NCBI GenBank assembly: GCA_000437395.1
Contig: FR898166.1
Coordinates: 58,724 to 122,723, forward strand
DNA: 64,000 nucleotides
From: Clostridium sp. CAG:288
GTDB lineage: Bacteria; Bacillota_I; Bacilli_A; RFN20; CAG-288
Direction of reading: 5' to 3'
Shown here one piece after another: positions 29,026 to 39,174 of this stretch (the first letter of the stretch is position 1; the number at the start of each line of letters is the position of its first letter). The position numbers and the translations under genes were made by a program. Below the pieces are notes generated by a model. The model searched no databases. It was not told the DNA's origin and saw only the letters and a list, made by a program, of their open reading frames with translations.

Positions 29026-31680
29026 ATGCTAAATAAATTCAAAAAAATATTGGCACTTCCAATCTTAGCTTGCATGCTTTTGACAGGTTGTAATAACAAT
29101 AATTCAAACAACTCTTCGTCAAGTAGCTCGTCTACAAATAGCGGTGATAAGACTAACTACTATAACTCAGCTAATTTTGTTCAATCAGATAAGGAAGTTA
29201 ATCAAACAAAATTGGTCACATATGATGGACCATCAATAATGACAACTTCGTCAAAAGTTGGCATTAGTGTTGAAGATCAAGAGTTATTCGTATATGAAAC
29301 AAGAGTAAATCATGGAAGAGTATTTACTTACGAATATTCGCAAGATACAGCTCCAATGGCTATATTTGATTTCCAAGGTAAGGTAAAGGTTGAAATAGAA
29401 GTAAAAGATGGTACATCAGTTACATCAGCTACTATATCACCACTCGTCTATGGTATTAAACCTGAAATTAAGGATAATAAAATTTCCTTCGAGTTAGAAT
29501 ATCCAGATAACTACACAATAGAATATAACGATGATTATAAAACAGCAGTACATTTATTTGCTAATCCACTTGAAGAAGATCCAATAACAGAAGAAATGGC
29601 TAAAAACGATCCAAATATTATTTACTTTGGACCAGGTGTCTATAAGCCAGATGGTATCCCAGTTAAGAGTGGACAAACAGTATATATTGCAGGTGGAGCT
29701 GTCATATATGGGCAAATGATTCCAACTGAGCTTAAAAACATTACGATCAGAGGACGTGGAATTATTTCTGGAGCTGTATATGATCGTCAAACACAAAACC
29801 AATTATATATTCCAATGGAAATTAGAGATTGTTCCAATGTCAAATTAGAAGGCATAACAATTCTTGACCCAGCTGGATGGACAGTTGCAGTTAAAAGTTC
29901 TGATCACGTAACTATCGATAATATTCACATTATTTCAGCACGTGCTAACTCAGACGGTATCTCAGTTCAATCTTCATATAACGTCACAGTTCAAAATTGT
30001 TTCGTAAGAACATGGGATGACTCATTAGTCGTTAAAAATGTCGATAGAGAAAGTACTCACGATATTTTATTTGATAACAATACCGTTTGGACTGATTTAG
30101 CTCAATCTATGGAAGTTGGTTATGAAACATATGGACCAGAGATGGATAACATTACATTTAAAAATACAACAGTTGTCCATAACTTCCACAAGCCAGTAAT
30201 CTCACTCCATAACTGCGATGATGCACATATCACTAACGTTCACTACGAAAACATCACAGTTGAAGATGGTCAAATGTTAGGCGATGTTCAAGATGATGGC
30301 GAAAATGATTTCTTCATTGACTTCACAATTGCTTATAACTCTGAATGGACAAAGTCAGAAGGTAAACGTGGTTCCGTTGAAAATGTTACAATCAAAAACG
30401 TCAATGTCTATAAGATGGCTTCAACAGTTGCTAGTAGAATGTTTGGTGAAGGTGAAGATAGTGCAATTAAAAACGTCACTATTTCAAACGTCGTTATCGA
30501 AGGTAAAAAAGTTAATAACGATACTGACTTAAAATTATCAAAAGGCAACTATGTTACAAACGTTAAATATTCAAATGATGCAGCTACAACAGGGGCAATA
30601 AAGACCTTACCTTATAAGATAGGTACATTAGCCAGTACTGTTGAAAAAACAAATCATCAAAATATTTCACAAGATGGTGTTATCGTTCCAGAAGATTATT
30701 ACATCGATGGACTTTCTTACTTAGGATCAAAACAAGATCCAAAGAACTTTGTCGCTACTGCTTTAAATGGTGTCGGTGCAACAAATAACTCTACACCTGA
30801 TCCAAGTAGAGGAGATTGGACAAAAGAAGGAAGTAGTCCAGCAAATGTCTTAGATGGCGATAAGAACACGACATGGGTAGCAAAAGATTGGACAGATGAA
30901 AAGAACGACTTTGTCGCTTTGAATATCAATATGGTCAATCTCACTCAAGTTGGTGTTATTAGATTATACGCCAAGAATGGTAGTAATTTATATCAAACAT
31001 TAAATTTCTCATTATTTGGTAGAAGAAATAAAACTGATGGTACACCAAATGATAAGTTCTTAAAAATTTTATCTGCTGATACTTATTCATTATCTCCAGG
31101 TAGTGGTAACGCAATAGATATTAACTTTACTGCAAACCAATATTACGAATTACAAATTAGATTCTATAAGACAGAAGGAATTACAGCTCCTGCCCAATTA
31201 GAAATATCTGAAATTGAATTCTATCCACCATCATTATCTTGGGGAAAGACAATCGCTGATCACTCTGAACATAACGATGTCTATCCAGCTGATAAACTTG
31301 TTGATGGTGATACAACTGGTACAAGCTATTATGAATCTAAAGGTTTACCAGCTTATGTTGTCATCGATTTAGGAAAGGTTGAAAAGATTAAACTTATCGT
31401 ATTAAATCTTCCACCAATGACTTCATGGCCAGAAAGAACTCAAAACGTTCAAATTTTAGTTTCAAATTCAAATGAGGCATATGATGTAAATAAAACACAA
31501 TTTACAGAAATAGTCCCAGCAACTGATATGTTATTTGATCCTAAGACAAATGGTAATATGCAAGTAATTACCTTGGATCAATCAGTTGAATGTCGTTATC
31601 TTAAAGTGGTTGTATCCTCTAACAACGCTGTTGGAAGTTATGGTGCTCAACTTTCCGAAATCAGTGTTTATGGGGAATAA
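29026..31680 (+). CDS. paralogous beta-helix hydrolase-like lipoprotein with two C-terminal F5/8 type C (discoidin / CBM32-like) domains
   Basis: Lipobox LTGC. Conserved blocks shared with the upstream gene: ARANSDGISVQS, CFVRTWDDSLVVKN, WTDLAQSMEVGYET, HNFHKPVISLHN. Discoidin signatures NVLDGDKNTTWVA and KLVDGDTTGTSYYESK. Confidence 0.6.
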   Translation: MLNKFKKILALPILACMLLTGCNNNNSNNSSSSSSSTNSGDKTNYYNSANFVQSDKEVNQTKLVTYDGPSIMTTSSKVGISVEDQELFVYETRVNHGRVFTYEYSQDTAPMAIFDFQGKVKVEIEVKDGTSVTSATISPLVYGIKPEIKDNKISFELEYPDNYTIEYNDDYKTAVHLFANPLEEDPITEEMAKNDPNIIYFGPGVYKPDGIPVKSGQTVYIAGGAVIYGQMIPTELKNITIRGRGIISGAVYDRQTQNQLYIPMEIRDCSNVKLEGITILDPAGWTVAVKSSDHVTIDNIHIISARANSDGISVQSSYNVTVQNCFVRTWDDSLVVKNVDRESTHDILFDNNTVWTDLAQSMEVGYETYGPEMDNITFKNTTVVHNFHKPVISLHNCDDAHITNVHYENITVEDGQMLGDVQDDGENDFFIDFTIAYNSEWTKSEGKRGSVENVTIKNVNVYKMASTVASRMFGEGEDSAIKNVTISNVVIEGKKVNNDTDLKLSKGNYVTNVKYSNDAATTGAIKTLPYKIGTLASTVEKTNHQNISQDGVIVPEDYYIDGLSYLGSKQDPKNFVATALNGVGATNNSTPDPSRGDWTKEGSSPANVLDGDKNTTWVAKDWTDEKNDFVALNINMVNLTQVGVIRLYAKNGSNLYQTLNFSLFGRRNKTDGTPNDKFLKILSADTYSLSPGSGNAIDINFTANQYYELQIRFYKTEGITAPAQLEISEIEFYPPSLSWGKTIADHSEHNDVYPADKLVDGDTTGTSYYESKGLPAYVVIDLGKVEKIKLIVLNLPPMTSWPERTQNVQILVSNSNEAYDVNKTQFTEIVPATDMLFDPKTNGNMQVITLDQSVECRYLKVVVSSNNAVGSYGAQLSEISVYGE

Positions 31681-31710
31681 ATAAAAAAATTAATAAAAGG
31701 AGAAAATTCT

Positions 31711-34293
31711 ATGAAAAAGAGTTTATTATTCGTTTCAATTTCGTTAGTAGCTTTATTAGGAATTACTAGTTGTAATAACAACAGTAATGACTCATCATCT
31801 ACATCACCTGTTAGCAGTAGCACAACTGTAACTAGCAGCAGCACAACAAATCCATCAAGTACAACAACACCTGCTTCATCATCAAGCAGTACTACACCAT
31901 CTGGATTTGAAGATGATACACCAAAACCAACTGAAGAAAATCTTCCAGAAGGCACAGTTGTAAGAGATTATAATCCGGCTTTCGATACAATGGTTGATGA
32001 CTTCTCAGGTGAAACATCAACTGGAACATTATCTGATACAGGTGCAACATATCAATCCAAACCATATCTTAAAGTTGCATTACACTCTAAGTGGGATGAA
32101 GGAACAACTTCAGATTCTGAAAGAATGGTTCCAACAACTCCAGATAGAGCTATCTATAAGATGGCAACAGGAACATACGATTTAGTCAGTATGGATGCTA
32201 TTGGCTTTAGAGTTAGATTAGCAACAGGTAGTACTCCAATTGCTTTAAGTAACCTCATCTTTGGATGTAGAGGTGCTGATACAGTTCAAGTTTATCCAAT
32301 TAACCTTGCTAACGCTGTCGATGCAGATAGCTCACCACTTGAAGAAATTGGATATGAATATAAAGATTTAATGATTTCTGTTAAGAACTCAGTCGATGAT
32401 AACGTAATGTATGCAAACCCAGATGGCACTGCTTCATCATTACAAGTTACATCAACTATGTTAGGCTTCCACCTCTATGCAACAGGTGACTTCAAAGGCG
32501 ATATCGAAATCGAAGAAGTCTTTGCAATTAAAGGATCTACAAGAACAGTAATTGATAACTTTAATAGAGCAACAGTTGGTAATGGCTTAGAAAATGCTTA
32601 TTGGGCAGGCTCAACAGGAACAATTGAAGGCAGAAGAGCTGTTATCAATGAAGGCGGTAGCTATAAAGTTTCTAAAGCTGATGCTACACCAGCTGCAAAT
32701 GTCGCATTAAGCGTCAAGGGTGATTCAACAGGTTTAACAGTTACACCAGTTAAAGCTAATGGCGATGAAGGTACAGCAGTTGCATGGTCTGAATTAAAAG
32801 ATTCAGAGGGTAAAGCTTTACCAACGATTCTTAAGAACACATATGCTTCATATGTAGTTGATATTGAAAAGAGTGGCTTAGGTTCTGATGTTGTCGGTGT
32901 TAAACTCTCATCAACAACAGAAGTATCTGTCAATAAAGTTTTCTTAACAGACTTAGTTGATGTTGTTGCTCAAGACTACCCAGCAATTGAAAGAACAGGT
33001 GTCTTTGATAACTTCAACAGAACACAAAATTCATTCACAAGTGATTGGGATGCATCAGCCACTGATCCAATTGTTGTCAATGCTGGCTTAAATGGTTGTG
33101 TTTCCTATAATGGTGCTGAACTTATTTCAATCGGTAATGGTGCTTTAAAACTCGGTGCCACAGATGACTATATTAACTTTGTCGAAGGTTCTAAGACTGG
33201 CGTTGAAGGCGCTAAATACTTAGTATTCCGCATGAAGACAGAAGGTACATTAGATAACTTCCGTATCATGGTTGATAATATGAGTCAACCAGTCTACTTC
33301 AACGATTGGTATGCAGCTCCAGGCACACTTTCTAAAGATACACCATATGTCGATAGCACATCTGGCTATTCACTTTATGTCATCGACTTAGAAGAATCTG
33401 GATTAGGATCAATGAAAGATCAAATTACATTCTTCTACACAGGTACAGCAGATTTATTCATTGATGAAGTCTTCTATGCTAACGATATGAGCAGAGAAAC
33501 TAAAGTAGTTTCTGCTAAACTTAATGAAGCTGATTTAGTTGCTGATTTCTCAACTGGTGACTATGTATATGTTGGCAACTGCTATGTTGGAGATTCAGAT
33601 ATTGTTGCTGTTACATTAAAAGGTGATGGTGAAACAACATTAGAAGCAATCAGATTTGAACTTGGCGGTAAACAAGCTTGGTTTAAAGATGGTATTGTCG
33701 ACGTCCATGGTGATTTGATCGATTATACAACAGCTTTATCAACAGAAGATGTTACATACTATATTCCATTACGTGCTAACGGTCTTGAAAAAGGCGATGG
33801 TACACTCCATATCCACGCAGGCGCTTATAATGGAATTAAAGGTTCATTAACAATCACTGCTTTAGGAACATATAACTACGTTCCAAATACAAAAGTTGTT
33901 ATGGCTGAAAATAAAGAAGTTTCTAATAATGCTTATAACTACATTTGTGGTAACGATGGTCACATTGCTGGTCCAAAGTATTTAACAATGGTTGTCACCG
34001 GTGATTTATCAACAATGCGTATCGAAGATGCTGCTGGTAATGAATGGTGGGCAAAAGATGGTAAGATTATCCTTGCTGATGGTTCAGTTTTAGATGCTTC
34101 AACTCCATTTGCTGAAGAAACAACAATTGTAATTGATTTAGTTGCTACTGGCTTATCCAATAACGTTCAAATTCACATTCATAATGGTGGGGCTGTCGAT
34201 ACAACTGTAACTTATAAGAGCATCACTCTTACAGCTGATAACTTAAACTACTCTGAAATTATGAGTGCATTATTCCCAGCTGAAGTCGAATAA
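31711..34293 (+). CDS. large (860 aa) surface lipoprotein with Ser/Thr-rich linker, function unknown
   Basis: Lipobox ITSC. S/T-rich tract of about 60 aa. No recognisable catalytic motif. Confidence 0.5.
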   Translation: MKKSLLFVSISLVALLGITSCNNNSNDSSSTSPVSSSTTVTSSSTTNPSSTTTPASSSSSTTPSGFEDDTPKPTEENLPEGTVVRDYNPAFDTMVDDFSGETSTGTLSDTGATYQSKPYLKVALHSKWDEGTTSDSERMVPTTPDRAIYKMATGTYDLVSMDAIGFRVRLATGSTPIALSNLIFGCRGADTVQVYPINLANAVDADSSPLEEIGYEYKDLMISVKNSVDDNVMYANPDGTASSLQVTSTMLGFHLYATGDFKGDIEIEEVFAIKGSTRTVIDNFNRATVGNGLENAYWAGSTGTIEGRRAVINEGGSYKVSKADATPAANVALSVKGDSTGLTVTPVKANGDEGTAVAWSELKDSEGKALPTILKNTYASYVVDIEKSGLGSDVVGVKLSSTTEVSVNKVFLTDLVDVVAQDYPAIERTGVFDNFNRTQNSFTSDWDASATDPIVVNAGLNGCVSYNGAELISIGNGALKLGATDDYINFVEGSKTGVEGAKYLVFRMKTEGTLDNFRIMVDNMSQPVYFNDWYAAPGTLSKDTPYVDSTSGYSLYVIDLEESGLGSMKDQITFFYTGTADLFIDEVFYANDMSRETKVVSAKLNEADLVADFSTGDYVYVGNCYVGDSDIVAVTLKGDGETTLEAIRFELGGKQAWFKDGIVDVHGDLIDYTTALSTEDVTYYIPLRANGLEKGDGTLHIHAGAYNGIKGSLTITALGTYNYVPNTKVVMAENKEVSNNAYNYICGNDGHIAGPKYLTMVVTGDLSTMRIEDAAGNEWWAKDGKIILADGSVLDASTPFAEETTIVIDLVATGLSNNVQIHIHNGGAVDTTVTYKSITLTADNLNYSEIMSALFPAEVE

Positions 34294-34314
34294 TATATAA
34301 TTCATAGAAAAACA

Positions 34315-34345
34315 AAAGCTAGCCTTTAACTCGGCTAGCTTTTTG
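34315..34345 (+). terminator. rho-independent terminator
   Basis: AAAGCTAGCC-tttaactc-GGCTAGCTTT followed by TTTTG. Confidence 0.6.
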
Positions 34346-34383
34346 CGTATATCTTTTTTAGTTTAATTATTGATATTTAAATA

Positions 34384-34959
34384 TTATGTTAAAAACTTCT
34401 TAATTACTTTGAATGGATTTCCAACTGCAACGCAATTTGCTTGTATAGACTTATTTACTACGCTTTCAGCTCCTATAATTGAGTTTTTACCAAATTGTTA
34501 CACCAGGTAAAATAATGGTCCCACCACCAATCCAAACGTTATCTTCTATAATAACTGGTTTGGCAAAAGTCCTAAAATATGTAGGGCTTATTTCTTTCTA
34601 ATTATCTATTAATCTTTCTTGAGGTAAAATCGGGTGTGAAGCGGTATATATTTGAATATTTGGTGCTATCATTACTTGATTTCCGATATGTATTTCAGCT
34701 TTATCTACAAAAGTATAGTTCATACCAATTATGACATTGTCCCCTATAAAAATGCTTTTGCCGTGGTCATAATAAAAAGTAACTTCAATACCGTCATTTT
34801 CACCTATTTTTCCTAATAACTTTTTTAAAATTAATGTCTTTTTTCTTCATTGCGATAGTCACAAAGATAATATTCTCTTGTTAGTTTTCGACAGGGAATG
34901 CTTAATTCGGTATTTGTTGGATCACCAGTTTCTAGAAAATCTTTTTCACAATATTCCAT
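34384..34959 (-). pseudogene. disrupted maltose/galactoside O-acetyltransferase (Maa/LacA hexapeptide-repeat family) gene
   Basis: Manual translation of the minus strand gives MEYCEKDFLETGDPTNTELSIPCRKLTREYYLCDYRNEEKRH*. After a frameshift in an A-run it gives ...IGENDGIEVTFYYDHGKSIFIGDNVIIGMNYTFVDKAEIHIGNQVMIAPNIQIYTASHPILPQERLIDN*. Further shifts give ...NVWIGGGTIILPGVTI.* and ...KNSIIGAESVVNKSIQANCVAVGNPFKVIKKFLT*. Together these align along the full length of Maa-type acetyltransferases but need at least two frameshifts and a premature stop. No ORF of 60 aa or more is left in the track. Confidence 0.55.
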
Positions 34960-35126
34960 AAATTTTTCCTCGTATAAATCTTATTTTGAGTATACCATTT
35001 TAAATAGTTAATTCATAACTTTATCATATGTTATTACATGGAAAATAAATAATAACTTTTAGGCTTTATCAGCCTTATTTATTTGCTTTTCTTTATGTAC
35101 TCTATTAAAATAAATGTGGTGATTTT

Positions 35127-36347
35127 ATGCATAAACTTGTAATTGTTGACGATGAATATTTAGTTAGATTAGGGATTCGTGAAACCATTGATTGGGCAGC
35201 TAATGGAATTGAAGTAATTGGTGATGCATCCAATGGTAAACAAGGCTATGAAATGATTAAAGAACTAAATCCAGACTTAGTTATTACAGATATAAAAATG
35301 CCAATAATGAATGGTGTTGATTTAGTTAAAACTTTACACAAAGAAGGCTTTAATGGCGAAATAGTAGTTTTAAGTGGATATAAAGATTTTGAGTATGCCA
35401 AAGAAACATTTGAAAATGGAATATTTTCATATGTTGTAAAGCCTATCGATAACGATGAATTATTAGAGGTTGTTTTAAGAGCTGTTGCTAAGCTTGAACA
35501 AAAGATTAAAGATAGAACTTTAACTTCAAAAGTTCAAACAGAATTACCAACACTTCAAAGCGAATTTATGAAAAAACTTTTATCCAGTAATTCATTTGTA
35601 GGTTCTGATATTCCTAGCGAATTATCAAATCACGATATATCGCTTCCTACAAACGGAACTATGGCTTTAATATCTATCGAAGAAATGTTTAAATCAAAGA
35701 AATCTGAACTGAATATTTATATCAATTTATTGAAAGAAGCACTAAGCAAAGAAAAAATAGCTTTTGTTGATTTTGATTTTCAAGATTCAATAGTTATGTT
35801 TTTAAACTCTAACGATATTGAAAAAATATCCTTGATTTGCCGTGATACTTTTATTCCATTTGAGCAAAAGACTTTAACAGCTCTCACCGTTGGTTTAACG
35901 TTATACTCTTCGTTGGAATACATTCAAAAAACATATGAATCATGTTTAAAACTTGTTCAATCAAAACTTTTATTCCATTTAAATACTGTTGAGATGGAAT
36001 TAGATGATCAAACATCATATAGACATCGACAAAGTATTTCTCAGTTCTATTCTATAATTGCCGAAAAATATTCTACGCAATTAACAGTAAGATCAGTTTC
36101 TGATGAAATGAATGTTTCTGAATCATATTTAATGCATCTATTAAAAGACAATTTAGGAAAAACTTTTAATGAGATATTAACTGGCTATCGAATAGGAATA
36201 GCAAAGAGATTACTTTTAAGTGGAAAATATAGAATTAACGAGGTATCAGATAAAGTTGGATATATTGATGTTAAGTATTTTTCACAAGTATTTAAAAAGA
36301 TTGTCGGTGTGACTCCAAGTGATTATCAAGGGCACGATATAGGATGA
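35127..36347 (+). CDS. two-component response regulator, receiver + AraC-type HTH (YesN-like)
   Basis: Receiver motifs VIVDDE, VITDIKMP, VVKP. C-terminal AraC HTH ...YRIGIAKRLL...VGYIDVKYFSQVFKK. Confidence 0.85.
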   Translation: MHKLVIVDDEYLVRLGIRETIDWAANGIEVIGDASNGKQGYEMIKELNPDLVITDIKMPIMNGVDLVKTLHKEGFNGEIVVLSGYKDFEYAKETFENGIFSYVVKPIDNDELLEVVLRAVAKLEQKIKDRTLTSKVQTELPTLQSEFMKKLLSSNSFVGSDIPSELSNHDISLPTNGTMALISIEEMFKSKKSELNIYINLLKEALSKEKIAFVDFDFQDSIVMFLNSNDIEKISLICRDTFIPFEQKTLTALTVGLTLYSSLEYIQKTYESCLKLVQSKLLFHLNTVEMELDDQTSYRHRQSISQFYSIIAEKYSTQLTVRSVSDEMNVSESYLMHLLKDNLGKTFNEILTGYRIGIAKRLLLSGKYRINEVSDKVGYIDVKYFSQVFKKIVGVTPSDYQGHDIG

Positions 36348-38050
36348 AAAAGAGTAAAAAATTCCATTTTAGGACAAAAATGCTAGCTTTTGTTTCAGCT
36401 TTTTTGGGTGCTCTTTTTTTAATTATTATTATTGCTGTTCAAGTAGTTTCAAGCGTTTATACAGATAACTATGTAAAACATAATGTTTATGTGCAACAAA
36501 GCAATTTTGATCAATCAATAAACACTTTGTTAATTAATACAAATTTTAATTTAATTAAACTTTTTTCAAATGAAAACATTTCAGAGATTGATAAATCTAA
36601 TGAAAGTAGTAAAAACGAAGTTTTAATAGCTCAATATACAGAATTAAGTTTGAGTGATGAGCTTTATGATGGGGTGTCGTTATACTACAATGATAGTCTT
36701 ATTGCTGAAACAGAAAAGATGACTTATATAGAAAAAAAGCAAAGGGACTTAGTTATAAATTCGACAGAAAATTTAGTTTATATAGATACAGTAGAGCATA
36801 ACGGAACAAATAATTTGATTTTTGGAAAGAAAATAAACGACAATTACCTAGGCTTTATACATGTTAAAGAACAAGTTGTTTTGGATTTTTTAAGTAATAT
36901 TTTATCGTCTGGTTATTCGCTTTTAATTGCTAATGATAATCACATAGTTTCAGATCAAAAAAACGAATTGTCAGGAAGTTATTTATATGAATCAAACACT
37001 TTTAAAACTTCTAACGGTAGAAAATATTCAGTAAAGAAAATAAATGATGTGAAAAGCCTAATAATTGTTGAAGATATGAATAATATCAATAGTTCTTTTG
37101 CACTTTCTTGGAAGGTAGCTTCGATCATTCCTTATTCAGAGCTATTTTATCTTTTAGATGTCTTTAGATATATTCTTATAGCAACAGCTATTGTCATGTT
37201 ATCGATTTCTATCGTCATTTCTATTAAAGCTTCCTCATCGGTAGCTAAACCAATAAAAAACTTAGCAGATAAAGTAGATAATTTCAATCCAGAAAAACCA
37301 GAAGAATATGTATTAAAAAATGAAGTTAAAAAGGCTTCTACAAAAGATGAAATCTATATGCTTGAAGAATCGTACGATGCTATGATCGAAAGAATATACG
37401 AATTGATGGAAAAAAACATCAAAGATATGGATGAAAAAAGAAGACTTGAATTAGACTCTTTGCAACAACAAATTAATCCACATTTCTTATATAATACGTT
37501 AGATGCTATTGCCTGGATGGCTAAGATAAAAAAAGAGCCAGAAATAGAAAAACTAGTTATGTCATTAGCTAAATTTTTTAGAATTTCACTCCATCGTGGC
37601 GATACAATTATAACTGTCGGTGAAGAAATAGAACTTACCCAACATTATTTAGAAATTCAAGAAATTAGATTTCCAAATAGATTTGACATTACTTACGATA
37701 TAGATCCTAATGTAAAAAACTATAAAACTTTGAAATTATTACTTCAACCAGTTGTGGAAAACGCTATTAAATATGGCATGCAAGAACAATCAGGAACGAT
37801 TGTAATTTCAGTTAAAAAGATAGATGAAAACATTGTTTATAGTGTGAAAGATAACGGTGAAGGATTCGATGTGCCTAAAGATATGCTTTCTAGACCATAT
37901 GGTACTATGCAAGAAAATAGAAGTGGATATGGACTATTTAATATCAACGAGCGCATAAGACTTGAGTATGGTGCTGGGTATGGATTAAAAATAGATTCGG
38001 AAAAAGGTAAGGGAACTACAGTATATATAACTATCCCGATTAAAAAGTAG
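36344..38050 (+). CDS. sensor histidine kinase, YesM/LytS-type (His_kinase + HATPase_c)
   Basis: Hallmark QQINPHFLYNTLDAIAWMA H-box, G-box GYGLFNINERIRLEYGAGYGL, N-terminal TM, extracellular domain and a second TM. Start overlaps the regulator stop. Confidence 0.85.
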   Translation: MKKSKKFHFRTKMLAFVSAFLGALFLIIIIAVQVVSSVYTDNYVKHNVYVQQSNFDQSINTLLINTNFNLIKLFSNENISEIDKSNESSKNEVLIAQYTELSLSDELYDGVSLYYNDSLIAETEKMTYIEKKQRDLVINSTENLVYIDTVEHNGTNNLIFGKKINDNYLGFIHVKEQVVLDFLSNILSSGYSLLIANDNHIVSDQKNELSGSYLYESNTFKTSNGRKYSVKKINDVKSLIIVEDMNNINSSFALSWKVASIIPYSELFYLLDVFRYILIATAIVMLSISIVISIKASSSVAKPIKNLADKVDNFNPEKPEEYVLKNEVKKASTKDEIYMLEESYDAMIERIYELMEKNIKDMDEKRRLELDSLQQQINPHFLYNTLDAIAWMAKIKKEPEIEKLVMSLAKFFRISLHRGDTIITVGEEIELTQHYLEIQEIRFPNRFDITYDIDPNVKNYKTLKLLLQPVVENAIKYGMQEQSGTIVISVKKIDENIVYSVKDNGEGFDVPKDMLSRPYGTMQENRSGYGLFNINERIRLEYGAGYGLKIDSEKGKGTTVYITIPIKK

Positions 38051-38984
38051 GCAAATCTGAAATGTCTTCTTTCATGCTGGTTTTAAGTTTTATTAATTGA
38101 GTCTCTTTTCTTTTAGCAAATACGTTTGAAAGTAAAAGTAAGATAAAAATAATTAATATATCACTAGTTAAAATTCCAATTCCTGTTAATATAAGAGATT
38201 TTTCTATATTTATAGTTGGAACTGAAACAAATAAATAGAGAGGCAAAGAATCATTTTCTATAGTTGTTGCTATGGTATAGTTTTTGCCTTTCTTTTTTAT
38301 TTGCTCTGATTTAATAAATTCTAAGTGGTCATATTCGGTATTATAGTTAGCTAAAACTGTTCCGCTCTCACTGACAATTACAGCTTTATAGTTATTAAAA
38401 TATTGATAACTATCAAAATTGATGATTGTATCGTATATTGTGCTTGTATCAAAATCTATAATCAATAAAGAATTATTTTTGGTTTTAACTAAAAATGATA
38501 ATTGCCCAAGTTCTGGTGAATAAGGAACGAACCCATGAGTATTTGGTAACCCTTGCGTTCTAATGGCGAATGATGAAATTTGATTTGTATTGTAGAAATT
38601 AATAACTTCTGGATCTTTTATGACTTCCTCATAAGTTTTAACTTCGCCTAAGTTTGTAGAATTATAAATCATGCCATTTTGATAAAAGTAAGCTCCGATA
38701 ATCATCTCGTGTGAATTATAAATTTGATCGAGTTGCATCGCATATGATTCTGTATCGTAACTATTGACGTTATCAGCAAAAGAAAAAGCCTCAGAAGATA
38801 ATAATTCTAATTGTAGTTTGATACGTTCAGCGCAAAGTTTTGTATTTGTTGAAAAGTTATTTCTAAAGTCGTTGCTATATAAAAAGTATAATGAACTAAT
38901 AAGTACTATAGATATCAAAATTAAAAATATAGTAGGAACGATAAATAACGATAAAAAAATCTTCTTTTTAAGCTTTTTAAACAT
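38040..38984 (-). CDS. membrane protein with an extracytoplasmic domain flanked by two TM helices (sensor-domain-like, no kinase module)
   Basis: TM at residues ~10-35 and ~275-300 of a ~315-aa protein. The topology copies the N-terminal half of YesM-type kinases. Its stop overlaps the convergent HK stop by 11 nt. AAAGGA RBS before ATG 38984. Confidence 0.45.
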   Translation of the reverse strand: MFKKLKKKIFLSLFIVPTIFLILISIVLISSLYFLYSNDFRNNFSTNTKLCAERIKLQLELLSSEAFSFADNVNSYDTESYAMQLDQIYNSHEMIIGAYFYQNGMIYNSTNLGEVKTYEEVIKDPEVINFYNTNQISSFAIRTQGLPNTHGFVPYSPELGQLSFLVKTKNNSLLIIDFDTSTIYDTIINFDSYQYFNNYKAVIVSESGTVLANYNTEYDHLEFIKSEQIKKKGKNYTIATTIENDSLPLYLFVSVPTINIEKSLILTGIGILTSDILIIFILLLLSNVFAKRKETQLIKLKTSMKEDISDLPTF

Positions 38985-39174
38985 GTTTATATCCTTTGAT
39001 AAACAAATTATATCTAAATGTTTTAACAAATTAAATAATTTGCTTAATTAAGTTTTAAATATTTGCAGTATTATCGCCATTTTTGCAGTTTATTTAGCTT
39101 ATAAGATAGCCCTTACATTTTTATAATATATATAACTAGAAAGCTTATGCTTTTATGTCTAATGGAGGACATTT

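Noticed and set aside
28908-29111. 67-aa minus-strand ORF between the two beta-helix lipoprotein genes
   Set aside because: It overlaps the terminator hairpin (GAAACGCCTTA ... TAAGGCGTTTC) and the RBS and start of the downstream plus-strand gene. It is compositionally unlike coding sequence.
31668-31955. 95-aa minus-strand ORF rich in V/L/D overlapping the start of the 860-aa lipoprotein gene
   Set aside because: It is the antisense reading of the Ser/Thr-rich linker codons and the upstream promoter region. It has no RBS, and the lipoprotein signal on the plus strand is convincing.
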